This document shows positions 1-7,773 of a stretch of DNA of 32,260 nucleotides, one piece after another (position 1 is the first letter of the stretch; each line of letters starts with the position of its first letter). Position numbers and translations under genes: made by a program. The stretch lies in contig JAYTOU010000026.1 in NCBI GenBank assembly GCA_043747615.1, positions 1 to 32,260 on the forward strand. Reading direction: 5' to 3'. This DNA comes from Myxococcales bacterium (GTDB taxonomy: Bacteria; Myxococcota_A; Polyangia; Polyangiales; Polyangiaceae). Under the pieces are notes generated by a model. The model saw only the letters and a program-made list of their open reading frames with translations. It had not been told where the DNA came from and did not search any database.

Positions 1-213
1 AACGCGACCGAGCGCGCCATCCGCGGGCCCGTCGTAGGGCGCAAAAATCACTACGGATCGAAGTCGCGGCGCGGTACCGAGGTCGCAGCGACCTTCTACT
101 CGCTCATCGAAACCGCGAAGCTCCAGGGCGTCGACCCCGCGAGGTATTTGCGCGAGGCCGCTCTCGCCGACGCGCGCGGCGAGGTGGTCTTCCCCGACAA
201 TCTTCCGCGCTGA
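1..213 (+). CDS. tnpC: IS66 family transposase, C-terminal end (partial, runs off window)
   Basis: Frame 1 reads NATERAIRGPVVGRKNHYGSKSRRGTEVAATFYSLIETAKLQGVDPARYL...LPR*, matching the IS66 TnpC C-terminal pattern (N-x-x-ER-x-IR...GRKN...YSLIETAK-x-x-GVDP-x-x-YL). Not in the ORF track because it has no start. Confidence 0.92.
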   Translation, partial: NATERAIRGPVVGRKNHYGSKSRRGTEVAATFYSLIETAKLQGVDPARYLREAALADARGEVVFPDNLPR

Positions 214-270
214 GCGGCGACTACGGGGTCGCCGGTCACAACGTCAAGACGGGGCCTGGCGAGACCTTCC
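1..270 (+). mobile_element. Right end of an IS66 element
   Basis: The TnpC stop is followed by GACGGGGCCTGGCGAGACCTTCC (248-270), which resembles an IS66 terminus (canonical ...TTAC). The sequence then switches abruptly to integrase coding sequence. Boundary uncertain by about 10 nt. Confidence 0.7.
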
Positions 271-679
271 GGACGAGGCGATTGAGGTTCTTCGCGAGCA
301 CGTCGCGATGCAGCTCAAGACGCCGGAGCAGCAGGACTCGGACTTGCTCTTCCACGGGGTGAATGGTCGTTTCCGGTCACCGTCCGTTTTGAACAAGCCC
401 CTCGCCGACGTCGCCACGGAACTTGGGCTCGGCAAGAAGATCACACAACGTGCCCTTCACCGAACGTTCAACGACCTCGCCCGGGCGGCGCAGGTCAACG
501 ACCTCGTCACGAGGTCCATCAGCGGTAACCTCACCGTGCAGATGCAGCACCACTACTCGACGGTGAACGGGAGCGAGCAGCGCGCGGCACTCGCTCAGGT
601 CATCCGCCTCGCCGACGGCAAGCCCCTCCAGCACCGAGGTGGGGAGGAAAGTGGGGAGGACAAGAAAAAAGCCGGCTAG
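263..679 (+). pseudogene. Truncated, decayed tyrosine integrase (C-terminal part only)
   Basis: DLPDEAIEVLREHV...DSDLLF...TQRALHRTFNDLARAAQVNDLVTRSISGNLTVQMQHHYST aligns by eye with the C-terminus of the 810-2081 integrase. The 5' part is replaced by IS66. The catalytic Arg appears as His (RALHR vs RGMRR) and the catalytic His as Asn (SGN vs SGH). Confidence 0.85.
639..660 (+). repeat. 10-bp direct repeat, 12-bp period (probable integrase arm-type sites of the left element)
   Basis: GTGGGGAGGA at 639-648 and 651-660, at the 3' end of the integrase remnant and about 60 bp from the att sequence. Confidence 0.6.
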
Positions 680-717
680 GGCATCGCCCCAAACCGGCCG
701 CATTCACACGCTGAACC

Positions 718-762
718 TGGAGCGGGACACGAGATTCGAACTCGCGACATCCAGCTTGGGAA
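718..762 (-). tRNA. 3' half of tRNA-Gly(CCC); att-site fragment, not an intact tRNA
   Basis: The minus strand reads TTCCCAAGCTGGATGTCGCGAGTTCGAATCTCGTGTCCCGCTCCA: anticodon loop with CCC, T-arm GTTCGAATC, acceptor 3' strand and CCA. The 5' anticodon-stem strand and D-arm are missing. Confidence 0.9.
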
Positions 763-809
763 ATTGGTGAGTCGGCGCGGAGCGCTCGACCAATTGGCTG
801 CAAACGAGC

Positions 810-2081
810 TCATCCCGCCTCCTTCACACCCCTTATCACACCAAGTTCTTCAGAAGTCAGTAGGCGTACAACTTTTCCGAGTGCCGATCGCATCTCGTCG
901 TGCTGCGCGGTCGAGTAATGCCTCTGCATGCTCTCCGTCGCGTGACCCGAGATCGCGCGCGTAACGATGTCGTGCACCTCGGCACGTCGCGCCAGATCTT
1001 GAAACGTTCGTCGCATCCCGCGGGGCGTGAGTCGGATGTTCCACTTCAGCGCGGTGAGCACTTCCTTGAACGGCTTCACGAGCACGGTCCTCGCTCGCAA
1101 GCCCCCTTTCGTTGAAGGGAAGAGATACTCGGAGTCCTGCATCGCCCCAGCCGGGAGCGCGTTCACGTGTCCGCGGAGCAAGTCGATGACCTCGACGGGT
1201 AGGGGGATCTCTTGGTCTTGCCCGGTCTTCGTTTGGTCCATGATCTCTTTCCCGAGCGAATTCGATCGACGCAGGAGAATGAGACCCTCGTCCCACAGCA
1301 GATCGGGCTCCGAGCCATTTCTGCGGAGCGGCCGGAGAGACGACGGACGAGCACCGATGACGAAACCGAGGAACGTCATCGCGTAGTGGTTCGGATGAAG
1401 CTCTTTGAGCTTCTCCAGAAACTGGGGAATCTGCGCGGGCACAAGGGAGTTGGGTTGCTCCCTCGTGTACGTGCGCGGCGTGTCGAACATCTCGATGTCG
1501 TCCGCGGGATCGCGCGCGAGCTCGAAGTGCTTTCGCATCGCGCCGCAAATGACCTTCAGAATCGAGATCCATCCGTTGGCGGTGACGGGGGACAGCGCGA
1601 CGAGCTTTTCCTTCCCGGCGTCCCGCGCGCGAATCGAGAACATGCCGTCTCGAATCCACAGCGCGACCTGACTACGCCATTCGACGATGTCCGCATATCG
1701 AAGTTCGTCGACGTAGAAATGCCCGAAGGCTGGGACGAGCCTTTTCAGCGTAGTCGCCCAGAGCTCTCGGGTTTTTGCCGACTTGAGTTTGTTCTCAACG
1801 ACCTTTGCCTCGAATAGCGACGCGGCGTATTCGCTCCAGAGAGTCCGCGATGGCCGCTTGCGTCCCCTCGCGAGGTCGCGCGCGTCGGACTTCATCTGGT
1901 CGCGAAGGCGCTGCGCTTCCTCGAGCGATGCGTCGCGAAGAATCCGCATCAGGCTGATCTCTTTGCCGCTCCGCGGATCCGTTGCTCGCGTCCGCAGCAG
2001 GAAGCCCCCCTGTCGGAGGCGCCAGATTCCTTTGCGAACCGGCTTCGTCGCGATCTCGTAACGCCACCTCGTCACCCACAT
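810..2081 (-). CDS. int: Tyrosine recombinase / phage integrase
   Basis: Catalytic set visible: R (IGARPSSL), K (TKTG), R-x-x-R in place of H-x-x-R (TPRGMRRTF), H (ISGH), Y (MQRHYST). It has N-terminal arm-binding and core-binding-like segments. Start placed at ATG 2081 behind a G-rich RBS; the ORF is open to 2159. Confidence 0.92.
   Translation of the reverse strand: MWVTRWRYEIATKPVRKGIWRLRQGGFLLRTRATDPRSGKEISLMRILRDASLEEAQRLRDQMKSDARDLARGRKRPSRTLWSEYAASLFEAKVVENKLKSAKTRELWATTLKRLVPAFGHFYVDELRYADIVEWRSQVALWIRDGMFSIRARDAGKEKLVALSPVTANGWISILKVICGAMRKHFELARDPADDIEMFDTPRTYTREQPNSLVPAQIPQFLEKLKELHPNHYAMTFLGFVIGARPSSLRPLRRNGSEPDLLWDEGLILLRRSNSLGKEIMDQTKTGQDQEIPLPVEVIDLLRGHVNALPAGAMQDSEYLFPSTKGGLRARTVLVKPFKEVLTALKWNIRLTPRGMRRTFQDLARRAEVHDIVTRAISGHATESMQRHYSTAQHDEMRSALGKVVRLLTSEELGVIRGVKEAG
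824..842 (-). repeat. GGTGTGA direct repeat, 12-bp period (probable arm-type sites of the intact integrase)
   Basis: TCACACC at 824-830 and 836-842, inside the 3' end of the integrase and about 60 bp from the att core. It mirrors the 639-660 repeat. Confidence 0.55.
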
Positions 2082-2286
2082 TGCAATCATCCCCCCGAAG
2101 AAACGCGTCGAGATCCTCTCGCTTCCACATGTAACAGCCGGTGCCACCCCGCCGCCCACATGGACGAATTCTACCGCGTCGATGCGCTGCTCGAAGACCG
2201 TAGGCGGTCTTGTATCCGCAATAGTCTGCCGCGAGCGTCGTCGACATCACAGGCGGATATTGCTTCTCGCTCGAGTTCGCAGTCAC
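1795..2286 (-). CDS. Excisionase-like winged-helix DNA-binding protein
   Basis: MSTTLAADYCGYKTAYGLRAAHRRGRIRPCGRRGGTGCYMWKREDLDAFL fits the Xis/HTH_17 pattern and lies directly upstream of int. The tail after about residue 65 overlaps int out of frame. Confidence 0.7.
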   Translation of the reverse strand: MTANSSEKQYPPVMSTTLAADYCGYKTAYGLRAAHRRGRIRPCGRRGGTGCYMWKREDLDAFLRGDDCNVGDEVALRDRDEAGSQRNLAPPTGGLPAADASNGSAERQRDQPDADSSRRIARGSAAPSRPDEVRRARPREGTQAAIADSLERIRRVAIRGKGR

Positions 2287-2427
2287 TCCGCGGGTCCCTG
2301 CGGACTCATGTACTCAGGTACTTGGTTACCCGAGTCCGCGATGTCCGACGGCACGTGGCAGAGAACGCCCACCTTCCGCGGTCCGGCGTACAACGATCCC
2401 ACTCGCAACTCGGCATCAGGCATCGAT

Positions 2428-2491
2428 CATCCTTTTCCGTCGACCACGTGGCGTGGAGCCATCCTTTTCCGTCGACCACGTGGCGTGGAGC
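2428..2491. repeat. Perfect 32-bp tandem duplication
   Basis: CATCCTTTTCCGTCGACCACGTGGCGTGGAGC at 2428-2459 and again at 2460-2491. Confidence 0.95.
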
Positions 2492-2585
2492 GGCACGGCT
2501 CAGTTGCAGCAAGATGTTCTTCGCGAAGAAAACCGTCCATTCGCCTTTTAGCGTAGGGAGTGCACCTTCCTGCCGCGCGTGTTGA

Positions 2586-3221
2586 TCACCCAAGCATCGC
2601 CGCGTCTCGAAGAAGACGATGGGCCGCGGCGGAGACTGAGGAGTCGCCAGTCTTTTGCCTCAAGTTCTCGAGATGCTTCTTCAACGTGCTTGGGGTGATA
2701 CCGCGTTCAATTTCGATTTCCGCTCGGGTCGCGCCACTCGCGACGCGCGCGAAGATAACGATCTCGGTCGCCGTCAGGGCGTACTGGGACCGCCACAGCT
2801 CGATGACCGCGTTCAATCGCACTGCCCCTGTTTCACGGCGTCGGATCGCCCTCAAGACGAATGCCGTGACCCGATCAGCGTCGGCGGGCTTCACCGCGTA
2901 CTGCGCATCCAGATCTAGAGCGCGATTCGCGTGCGACCGATCGCAGTGTCCGGTCAGGATGAGGGCCGGCACGTTCATACTCTTTGCGCGAAGAGCCTCG
3001 AGGAATTCGAAACCGGACCCATCTGGCAGCGAAATATCGACGAAGACGGCATGCCACGTCGCTCCGTGCTCGAGCAGCGAGAGTGCCTCCCTGAGCGTGT
3101 GCGCGGCCTGTGCCACTCCAAACGTCTTCAGCGTGCGAATGAGGCTGGCTGCAACGCCGAAATCATCTTCAACGACCAGAAACGTGGGCGCATCATTCCT
3201 GCAATCTAAGAATTGGACCAT
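2586..3221 (-). CDS. Response regulator (REC + LuxR-type HTH)
   Basis: LVVEDD, VDISLPDGSG (phosphoacceptor Asp), LILTG and YAVKP motifs, plus C-terminal LTATE...GATRAEI...ITPSTLKKHLENLRQKTG. Start trimmed to MVQFLD at 3221. No kinase nearby. Confidence 0.88.
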   Translation of the reverse strand: MVQFLDCRNDAPTFLVVEDDFGVAASLIRTLKTFGVAQAAHTLREALSLLEHGATWHAVFVDISLPDGSGFEFLEALRAKSMNVPALILTGHCDRSHANRALDLDAQYAVKPADADRVTAFVLRAIRRRETGAVRLNAVIELWRSQYALTATEIVIFARVASGATRAEIEIERGITPSTLKKHLENLRQKTGDSSVSAAAHRLLRDAAMLG

Positions 3222-3350
3222 CCCACCCAGTCGGCCCGAGCGCGGCGCGAGTTGCGTCTCTTTGACGACTCCCGGCGTTTTAGACGCGATGAACGCGTCT
3301 CCACCGAGCACTCGCTCCTCGATCTCCCACGGAGCGTGTAGCGTCGAAGG

Positions 3351-4106
3351 ATGGTGGACGGCCTCCAAGAGACGCTCACACCGATCGTCCAGTCGATCGC
3401 GCTCCCTGCGTCGATCGCCATCACCCATCCAGACGAAGAGACTGGGCGCCCGGTGCCCGCAGTCGGGACTGGCGTTGTAGTTTCGATCGCAGATCGGATC
3501 TTCGTCGCGACGGTCGACCACGTACGCCATGTCCCGCCGGAATGGCTCGTTCTCGTCCTTCCAGGGAAGGCGTCCAACCGCTCTCCGAAGATCCAGCGGA
3601 GCGGTCGCCGCGAGCGCGAGGACCTCGCCTGGTACGAGATCGACCCTCGCTCGCTCGCGGGGTCGTCATGTACTCCGGTGCCGCTCGAAAGACTCCACGT
3701 CCGATCCATCACAACGCCAGCCCTGTACGCCACGGGCTTCGCCGGCGCCTACCTGAAGGTGGATGCAGAGAGCTTTCTCGCCGGGTTCTTTTCCTTCCCG
3801 ACCGGCGTGATCGGCGGCGACCCGCTCGTCGTGCACTGGGATCCCGAGCACCTCACTCAGCCAGGGCCCGGCTATGCGCGAGCCCTTCCGCCCACCAAAG
3901 GGATGAGCGGGGGCGGTCTTTGGACGTACCAAGATGGGCTCGTCGTCGAAGTGCGGCTCGTCGCGCTACTCGTCAGCGAAACGGTGGGGCTAAAGCAAGC
4001 GACGGCCATTCTGATCGGGCACTGGCTGAAGATGCTTTCAGAGGATCTCCCCGAGCTCGCGCCGGTGATTGCGGCGCACACTGCGCGCGAGGCGCGCCGC
4101 GCGTAG
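3351..4106 (+). CDS. Trypsin-like serine protease (no signal peptide)
   Basis: GTGVVV...ATVDHV (His), EDLAWYEI (Asp), KGMSGGGLW (Ser). Confidence 0.78.
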   Translation: MVDGLQETLTPIVQSIALPASIAITHPDEETGRPVPAVGTGVVVSIADRIFVATVDHVRHVPPEWLVLVLPGKASNRSPKIQRSGRREREDLAWYEIDPRSLAGSSCTPVPLERLHVRSITTPALYATGFAGAYLKVDAESFLAGFFSFPTGVIGGDPLVVHWDPEHLTQPGPGYARALPPTKGMSGGGLWTYQDGLVVEVRLVALLVSETVGLKQATAILIGHWLKMLSEDLPELAPVIAAHTAREARRA

Positions 4107-4140
4107 TGCTCATTGCGTGTATGCCCGCGCAGCCGCAAAA

Positions 4141-5511
4141 CTAGGCGAGGAGTTGCCCCTCGAACCAAATGTCGAAGTCGGCCGCCGTGCGCATCCTCGT
4201 GAACCGCTCGTCTGTCAGGACCCCCGTGAGGGCGCGCTCGACGACCTCGGCCATCGCCTTGAGGTCACTATCGGTGAGGTCGCCCGAGTCGCCCGAATGA
4301 ACCAACGCACTCCGAATTTCGTAGAGACGGGCCATGAGAGCGAAGACGCGCCGCTTCATCGCGGTACCACGCCCAATCAGGTGCGCCGCTCTCAACCGCA
4401 CTCGATCCGTCACTCCCGCCCTAGAATTCGGCTTTGTGAGCAATGCTTCGAGCGCGATCGCATAAAGCAAGAACGCCTGATCCCGACGTGGCTCGACGAA
4501 CGCGCGGCCCGCCCAGGCGAGCGCGTTCACCACGCGGTCGTCGAGGTCTGATCTCCCTTCTCGGCCGAGAAGCTCGCTCGCGCGGCTCAGACCGACTTCG
4601 ATTGCGCGAGGTGAGCTCACGTCCATGCCGAGGACATGCGGGTTCGCGGCAGGCCACGGGGTGCTCGAATGGAGTGCACCACCATCGATGGCATGCGCCG
4701 CCCATACGAGGGCCGTTCGCGTTCCTTCGGGAGCGAGATAGGCGCGGTATACGCGCGGTAGTTCCTGAAGGAACGGAGCAAAAAAATTCAAGATGTCCAC
4801 CGTGCGGCGGATGCGTTCGATCCCTAGATGCTTCGCGGCCTCATTGTCGACCGCACGCACGGTCACCGACGCGAGCGCATGCCCGGAGAAGGACTCAGAA
4901 AGCTCTTCGCGCGCGGTCTGACGAGTGGCGTTTTCGGCCGCAATCTTCGCTGCTGCAAAACGACGGTGCCTCGCCCCCCAGTCAAGCAGGTTCGCGGCCA
5001 CTTCTTGTCCACGTTCTTTTCCATGTCCAAACTCAACTCCCCCGAACGCGAAAGGCAGGCCGGGTGGTCCAAGCCCTTGGACCTGGGCGGCCACGCGCCA
5101 TTCGCTGGGCAGCGCCCCCAGCGCCTTCCGCATCGTGAGGAGCTCCCGCGTGAGTCGCCCCTCAAACTTCGCGCGCGTCTCTCCCGCAACATTCTTTTTT
5201 GGGCGGAGGGTACGCAGGATCGTGTTTCGGAGGAGCCGCTCGACGGCATCGCGGCTCAGCGTGCGTTCCGCGGAGTTCCTTCCGTGAATATCCGCGAGTT
5301 TCTCGATGCATTCCCGATATTTTTCTGCCAGAGCGCCGGAGATCCGGATGCCGCCGAGCTTCATGTTCACGAACATGACGAAGTAGCCGCCGTCCTCCTG
5401 CTCGTCGGCCGTCGAGTCGCCGATCAAAGAGTCGGCGCGCAACCGCTCCAGGAGGTCACGCGTCGTCAGGAGAGCCTTCTTGAGGGCCTTGGCGCTTCGA
5501 GACGAGTCCAC
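4141..5511 (-). CDS. HEPN (ApeA-like) domain protein, putative RNase/defence effector
   Basis: C-terminal AFLLYAIALEALL...RVRLRAAHLIG...LYEIRSALVHSG contains the R-x4-H HEPN motif. The long N-terminal region is uncharacterised. Confidence 0.8.
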   Translation of the reverse strand: MDSSRSAKALKKALLTTRDLLERLRADSLIGDSTADEQEDGGYFVMFVNMKLGGIRISGALAEKYRECIEKLADIHGRNSAERTLSRDAVERLLRNTILRTLRPKKNVAGETRAKFEGRLTRELLTMRKALGALPSEWRVAAQVQGLGPPGLPFAFGGVEFGHGKERGQEVAANLLDWGARHRRFAAAKIAAENATRQTAREELSESFSGHALASVTVRAVDNEAAKHLGIERIRRTVDILNFFAPFLQELPRVYRAYLAPEGTRTALVWAAHAIDGGALHSSTPWPAANPHVLGMDVSSPRAIEVGLSRASELLGREGRSDLDDRVVNALAWAGRAFVEPRRDQAFLLYAIALEALLTKPNSRAGVTDRVRLRAAHLIGRGTAMKRRVFALMARLYEIRSALVHSGDSGDLTDSDLKAMAEVVERALTGVLTDERFTRMRTAADFDIWFEGQLLA

Positions 5512-5601
5512 ACGTCATCGTAGCGCTTCAATCCGCTCGCCGCGCGTGTCTCGCCGCGCCCTGGCCGCGGAGCACGCAAGAACGACTGATATGCTACGCA
5601 G

Positions 5602-5913
5602 GTGACCACGCCGGACTTGCCGCCCGACGTCCCCGACGCGACGTTCGAGGGCGCTCCGATCGCGTACCTCGCCTGGGCGACGATCACGTTCGACGGGCGC
5701 GCGATCGAGTGGTGTGTCTATCCGCACGGAGGCGGCACGACGAAACACAACGGCAAGCTCGTGAGGCAGAATCCGCCAGGGCTCATGATCGTGATCCGCG
5801 CTGCGGGCGGCGATGAGCGCAATACCGCGGGGTTCGAGATCGACGGTGGGTTCCGCGACGTGCGGCGCACCGATCTGGACGAAGCCCTCGATCGCCTCGC
5901 TCTCCGCATCTGA
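5602..5913 (+). CDS. Hypothetical protein
   Basis: GTG start, GC3-rich codons and globular-looking composition; no recognisable motif. Confidence 0.55.
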   Translation: MTTPDLPPDVPDATFEGAPIAYLAWATITFDGRAIEWCVYPHGGGTTKHNGKLVRQNPPGLMIVIRAAGGDERNTAGFEIDGGFRDVRRTDLDEALDRLALRI

Positions 5914-6006
5914 CGTCGGACGCTGGCAACGCGCATCGGGCCGATGCTCTGCCGGAACCGTCACGCAACCACGACCGGTGCTACAAGGAAGGAGGGGCGG
6001 TGCGCG

Positions 6007-6396
6007 ATGCGTCGAATCATGTACGTCGAAAACAAGAGTGGCGGACTCGACGGCGACGGCCGCATCGGCTGGGTCGAACTCTCGAGGTCGGGTCGGACCT
6101 ACCACTACGGCGGTCGTCACCTGACGAAAACGAAGAGCGGTTACAAGTACAACTGCGTCGACCACGAGAGCGGCGATCTCTATTGGGTGTCCGGTCCGCG
6201 GAAGGACGGCGCGGACAAGCTCTATGGAGGTCGCGTTCAGATCGATGAGGACGCGAGGGTCGAGTACTGGACCAGCGTTCGCGAGCTTCCCTCGCGTGCA
6301 GGGCAGACCGAGTACCGCGCCGGAGCCTCGACACGAACATCTGGGACCACGCGGCAGAACGAGCTCCGGGCACGCGGCCTCGCCGTCTCCAAATAA
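6007..6396 (+). CDS. Conserved small hypothetical protein (RIMY-x-E-x-K...RIG-x-V...YW-x-SGP-x-x-DG-x-D-x-LY family)
   Basis: The motif string matches a widespread ~110 aa family that, from memory, is often mis-annotated as DXP synthase. GGAGG lies upstream of ATG 6007. Confidence 0.75.
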   Translation: MRRIMYVENKSGGLDGDGRIGWVELSRSGRTYHYGGRHLTKTKSGYKYNCVDHESGDLYWVSGPRKDGADKLYGGRVQIDEDARVEYWTSVRELPSRAGQTEYRAGASTRTSGTTRQNELRARGLAVSK

Positions 6397-6418
6397 CCGG
6401 ACTGAACCAAAGGCTTCT

Positions 6419-6877
6419 GTGACAAGCGTCGACACTCTCGAGGAGTTCGAGCGGATCGCCCAGGAGGGGGCCGTGCTCTGCTTTGAAAAACCGGACGAGG
6501 CTCGCCCGCTGCTAGAGGGGGCATACCGGCTGGCCCGACGACTCGGACTCGAACACGAAGCAGGAATGGTGGCCGTCCTTCTCGCAAGGCAGGCGTATAC
6601 CAGCAAGAGGTACGCAAGCGCGATCCACATCCTCCGCCATGCGACGCGTGCGCACTCACGTGACAAGAGCGTCGCCCAGTCGTTTGCCTACGTTCTCGAG
6701 TACATCGCGGAGCGGATGCTGGCCCGCGGGCACGTCGCGAGAGGGGTGGTCCTCCTCGACAGCGCGGCGATCGGGGAGACGCGATGGGCCGAGATGGAGA
6801 GCGGCCCGGAGCGCGAGCGCCACCTCGCGTGTGCCGAAGGACTCTCGCGCCGCGCACGTGAACTCCGAACGGGGTGA
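6419..6877 (+). CDS. Hypothetical alpha-helical (TPR-like) protein
   Basis: GTG 6419 follows the previous stop. Helical-repeat-like segments include ARPLLEGAYRLA and YASAIHILRHAT. Confidence 0.55.
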   Translation: MTSVDTLEEFERIAQEGAVLCFEKPDEARPLLEGAYRLARRLGLEHEAGMVAVLLARQAYTSKRYASAIHILRHATRAHSRDKSVAQSFAYVLEYIAERMLARGHVARGVVLLDSAAIGETRWAEMESGPERERHLACAEGLSRRARELRTG

Positions 6878-7085
6878 TCCGCTGGCGCGAGGTACCGCGC
6901 ACGAGACTTCGGGCGCACTCCGCGACGGGGTGTGCCTCACGCGATCGTGAACCCGGAGCCGTGCCCCGGGGACCACAGCCTGCTCCGCGAAAGCATTCGA
7001 AGCGGGTGTCGTCCTCTCGGCGCGGCATCAACGTCAGATCTGCCGGCGCTCCGCCCGCGGCACAGAAGGTGCTCCTGTCTGATGG

Positions 7086-7751
7086 ATGGCACGGACACGA
7101 AAGACGTGGGCGGCGACGTTCGGTGCAATCGTCCTCTCGGCGTCTCCCGCGCTCGCACAAGGTGCGGGAGTCGGCCCGCCTCTTCACCCGAGGGGCTCGG
7201 CGGTCGTTCATCTCGACGCGACCGACAACGTGACACTCGAGGCGCAGCACGGGTCTGCATGGGCGGTTGTCTGCGCCGCGCCTTGTGACCAGCGGCTGCC
7301 GCTCGACATTGCATATCGGCTCAATGGCTCCGCGCGAACGTCCGCTCCATTTCGAATCATCGCCCCGGAGTCCGAAGATCACGTCGTGTTGACCGCGAAG
7401 CCAAGCTCCTCGTTCGGCTTCGGCACTGGCGTCGTGTTCACAATTCTCGGCGGGCTCGGCATGTTCCTCGGCGCCGGGAGCGTTGCCGTGGACGGAATCG
7501 AATGGATCGCCCATCCCACGCTCGACCCGAAGAAAGTCAAAGACGGTTCTATTCCAGCAATCCTTCTCGGTGCGGGCGCGGCTGCCGCGCTTCTTGGGAT
7601 CGCATTCATCGCCCTCAACGGTCCCAGTACCGTTGATCAACCGCACCCCGTGCAACCCGAGCCTCTGCGATCGTCTTCTCCCGCGGAGCAGCCCGAAGCA
7701 CTTGGTGCGCCCGCGCCGCTCATGTTCCCCATCTTGTCCGCGACGTTCTAG
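7086..7751 (+). CDS. Exported/membrane protein
   Basis: Signal peptide (…SASPALA|Q), VCAAPC small beta domain and two Gly-rich hydrophobic helices; an architecture common in myxobacteria. Confidence 0.7.
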   Translation: MARTRKTWAATFGAIVLSASPALAQGAGVGPPLHPRGSAVVHLDATDNVTLEAQHGSAWAVVCAAPCDQRLPLDIAYRLNGSARTSAPFRIIAPESEDHVVLTAKPSSSFGFGTGVVFTILGGLGMFLGAGSVAVDGIEWIAHPTLDPKKVKDGSIPAILLGAGAAAALLGIAFIALNGPSTVDQPHPVQPEPLRSSSPAEQPEALGAPAPLMFPILSATF

Positions 7752-7773
7752 GTTTCACTCTCACGTCCAACGA

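Noticed and set aside
718..790. Intact tRNA-Gly gene
   Set aside because: Similarity ends at the anticodon loop (762). There is no 5' anticodon-stem strand, D-arm or 5' acceptor strand.
2428..2491. CRISPR array (32-bp repeat)
   Set aside because: Only two copies, directly adjacent with no spacer, and no cas genes.
2306..2593. 95 aa minus-strand ORF between the regulator and xis
   Set aside because: No recognisable motif. It runs through the 32-bp duplication, and removing one copy creates an immediate stop.
3222..3530. N-terminal extension of the response regulator ORF
   Set aside because: Overlaps the opposite-strand protease gene and precedes the REC domain with no motif.
6007..6396. 1-deoxy-D-xylulose-5-phosphate synthase
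   Set aside because: Far too short (129 aa) and lacks TPP-binding motifs; that name would be a propagated mis-annotation.
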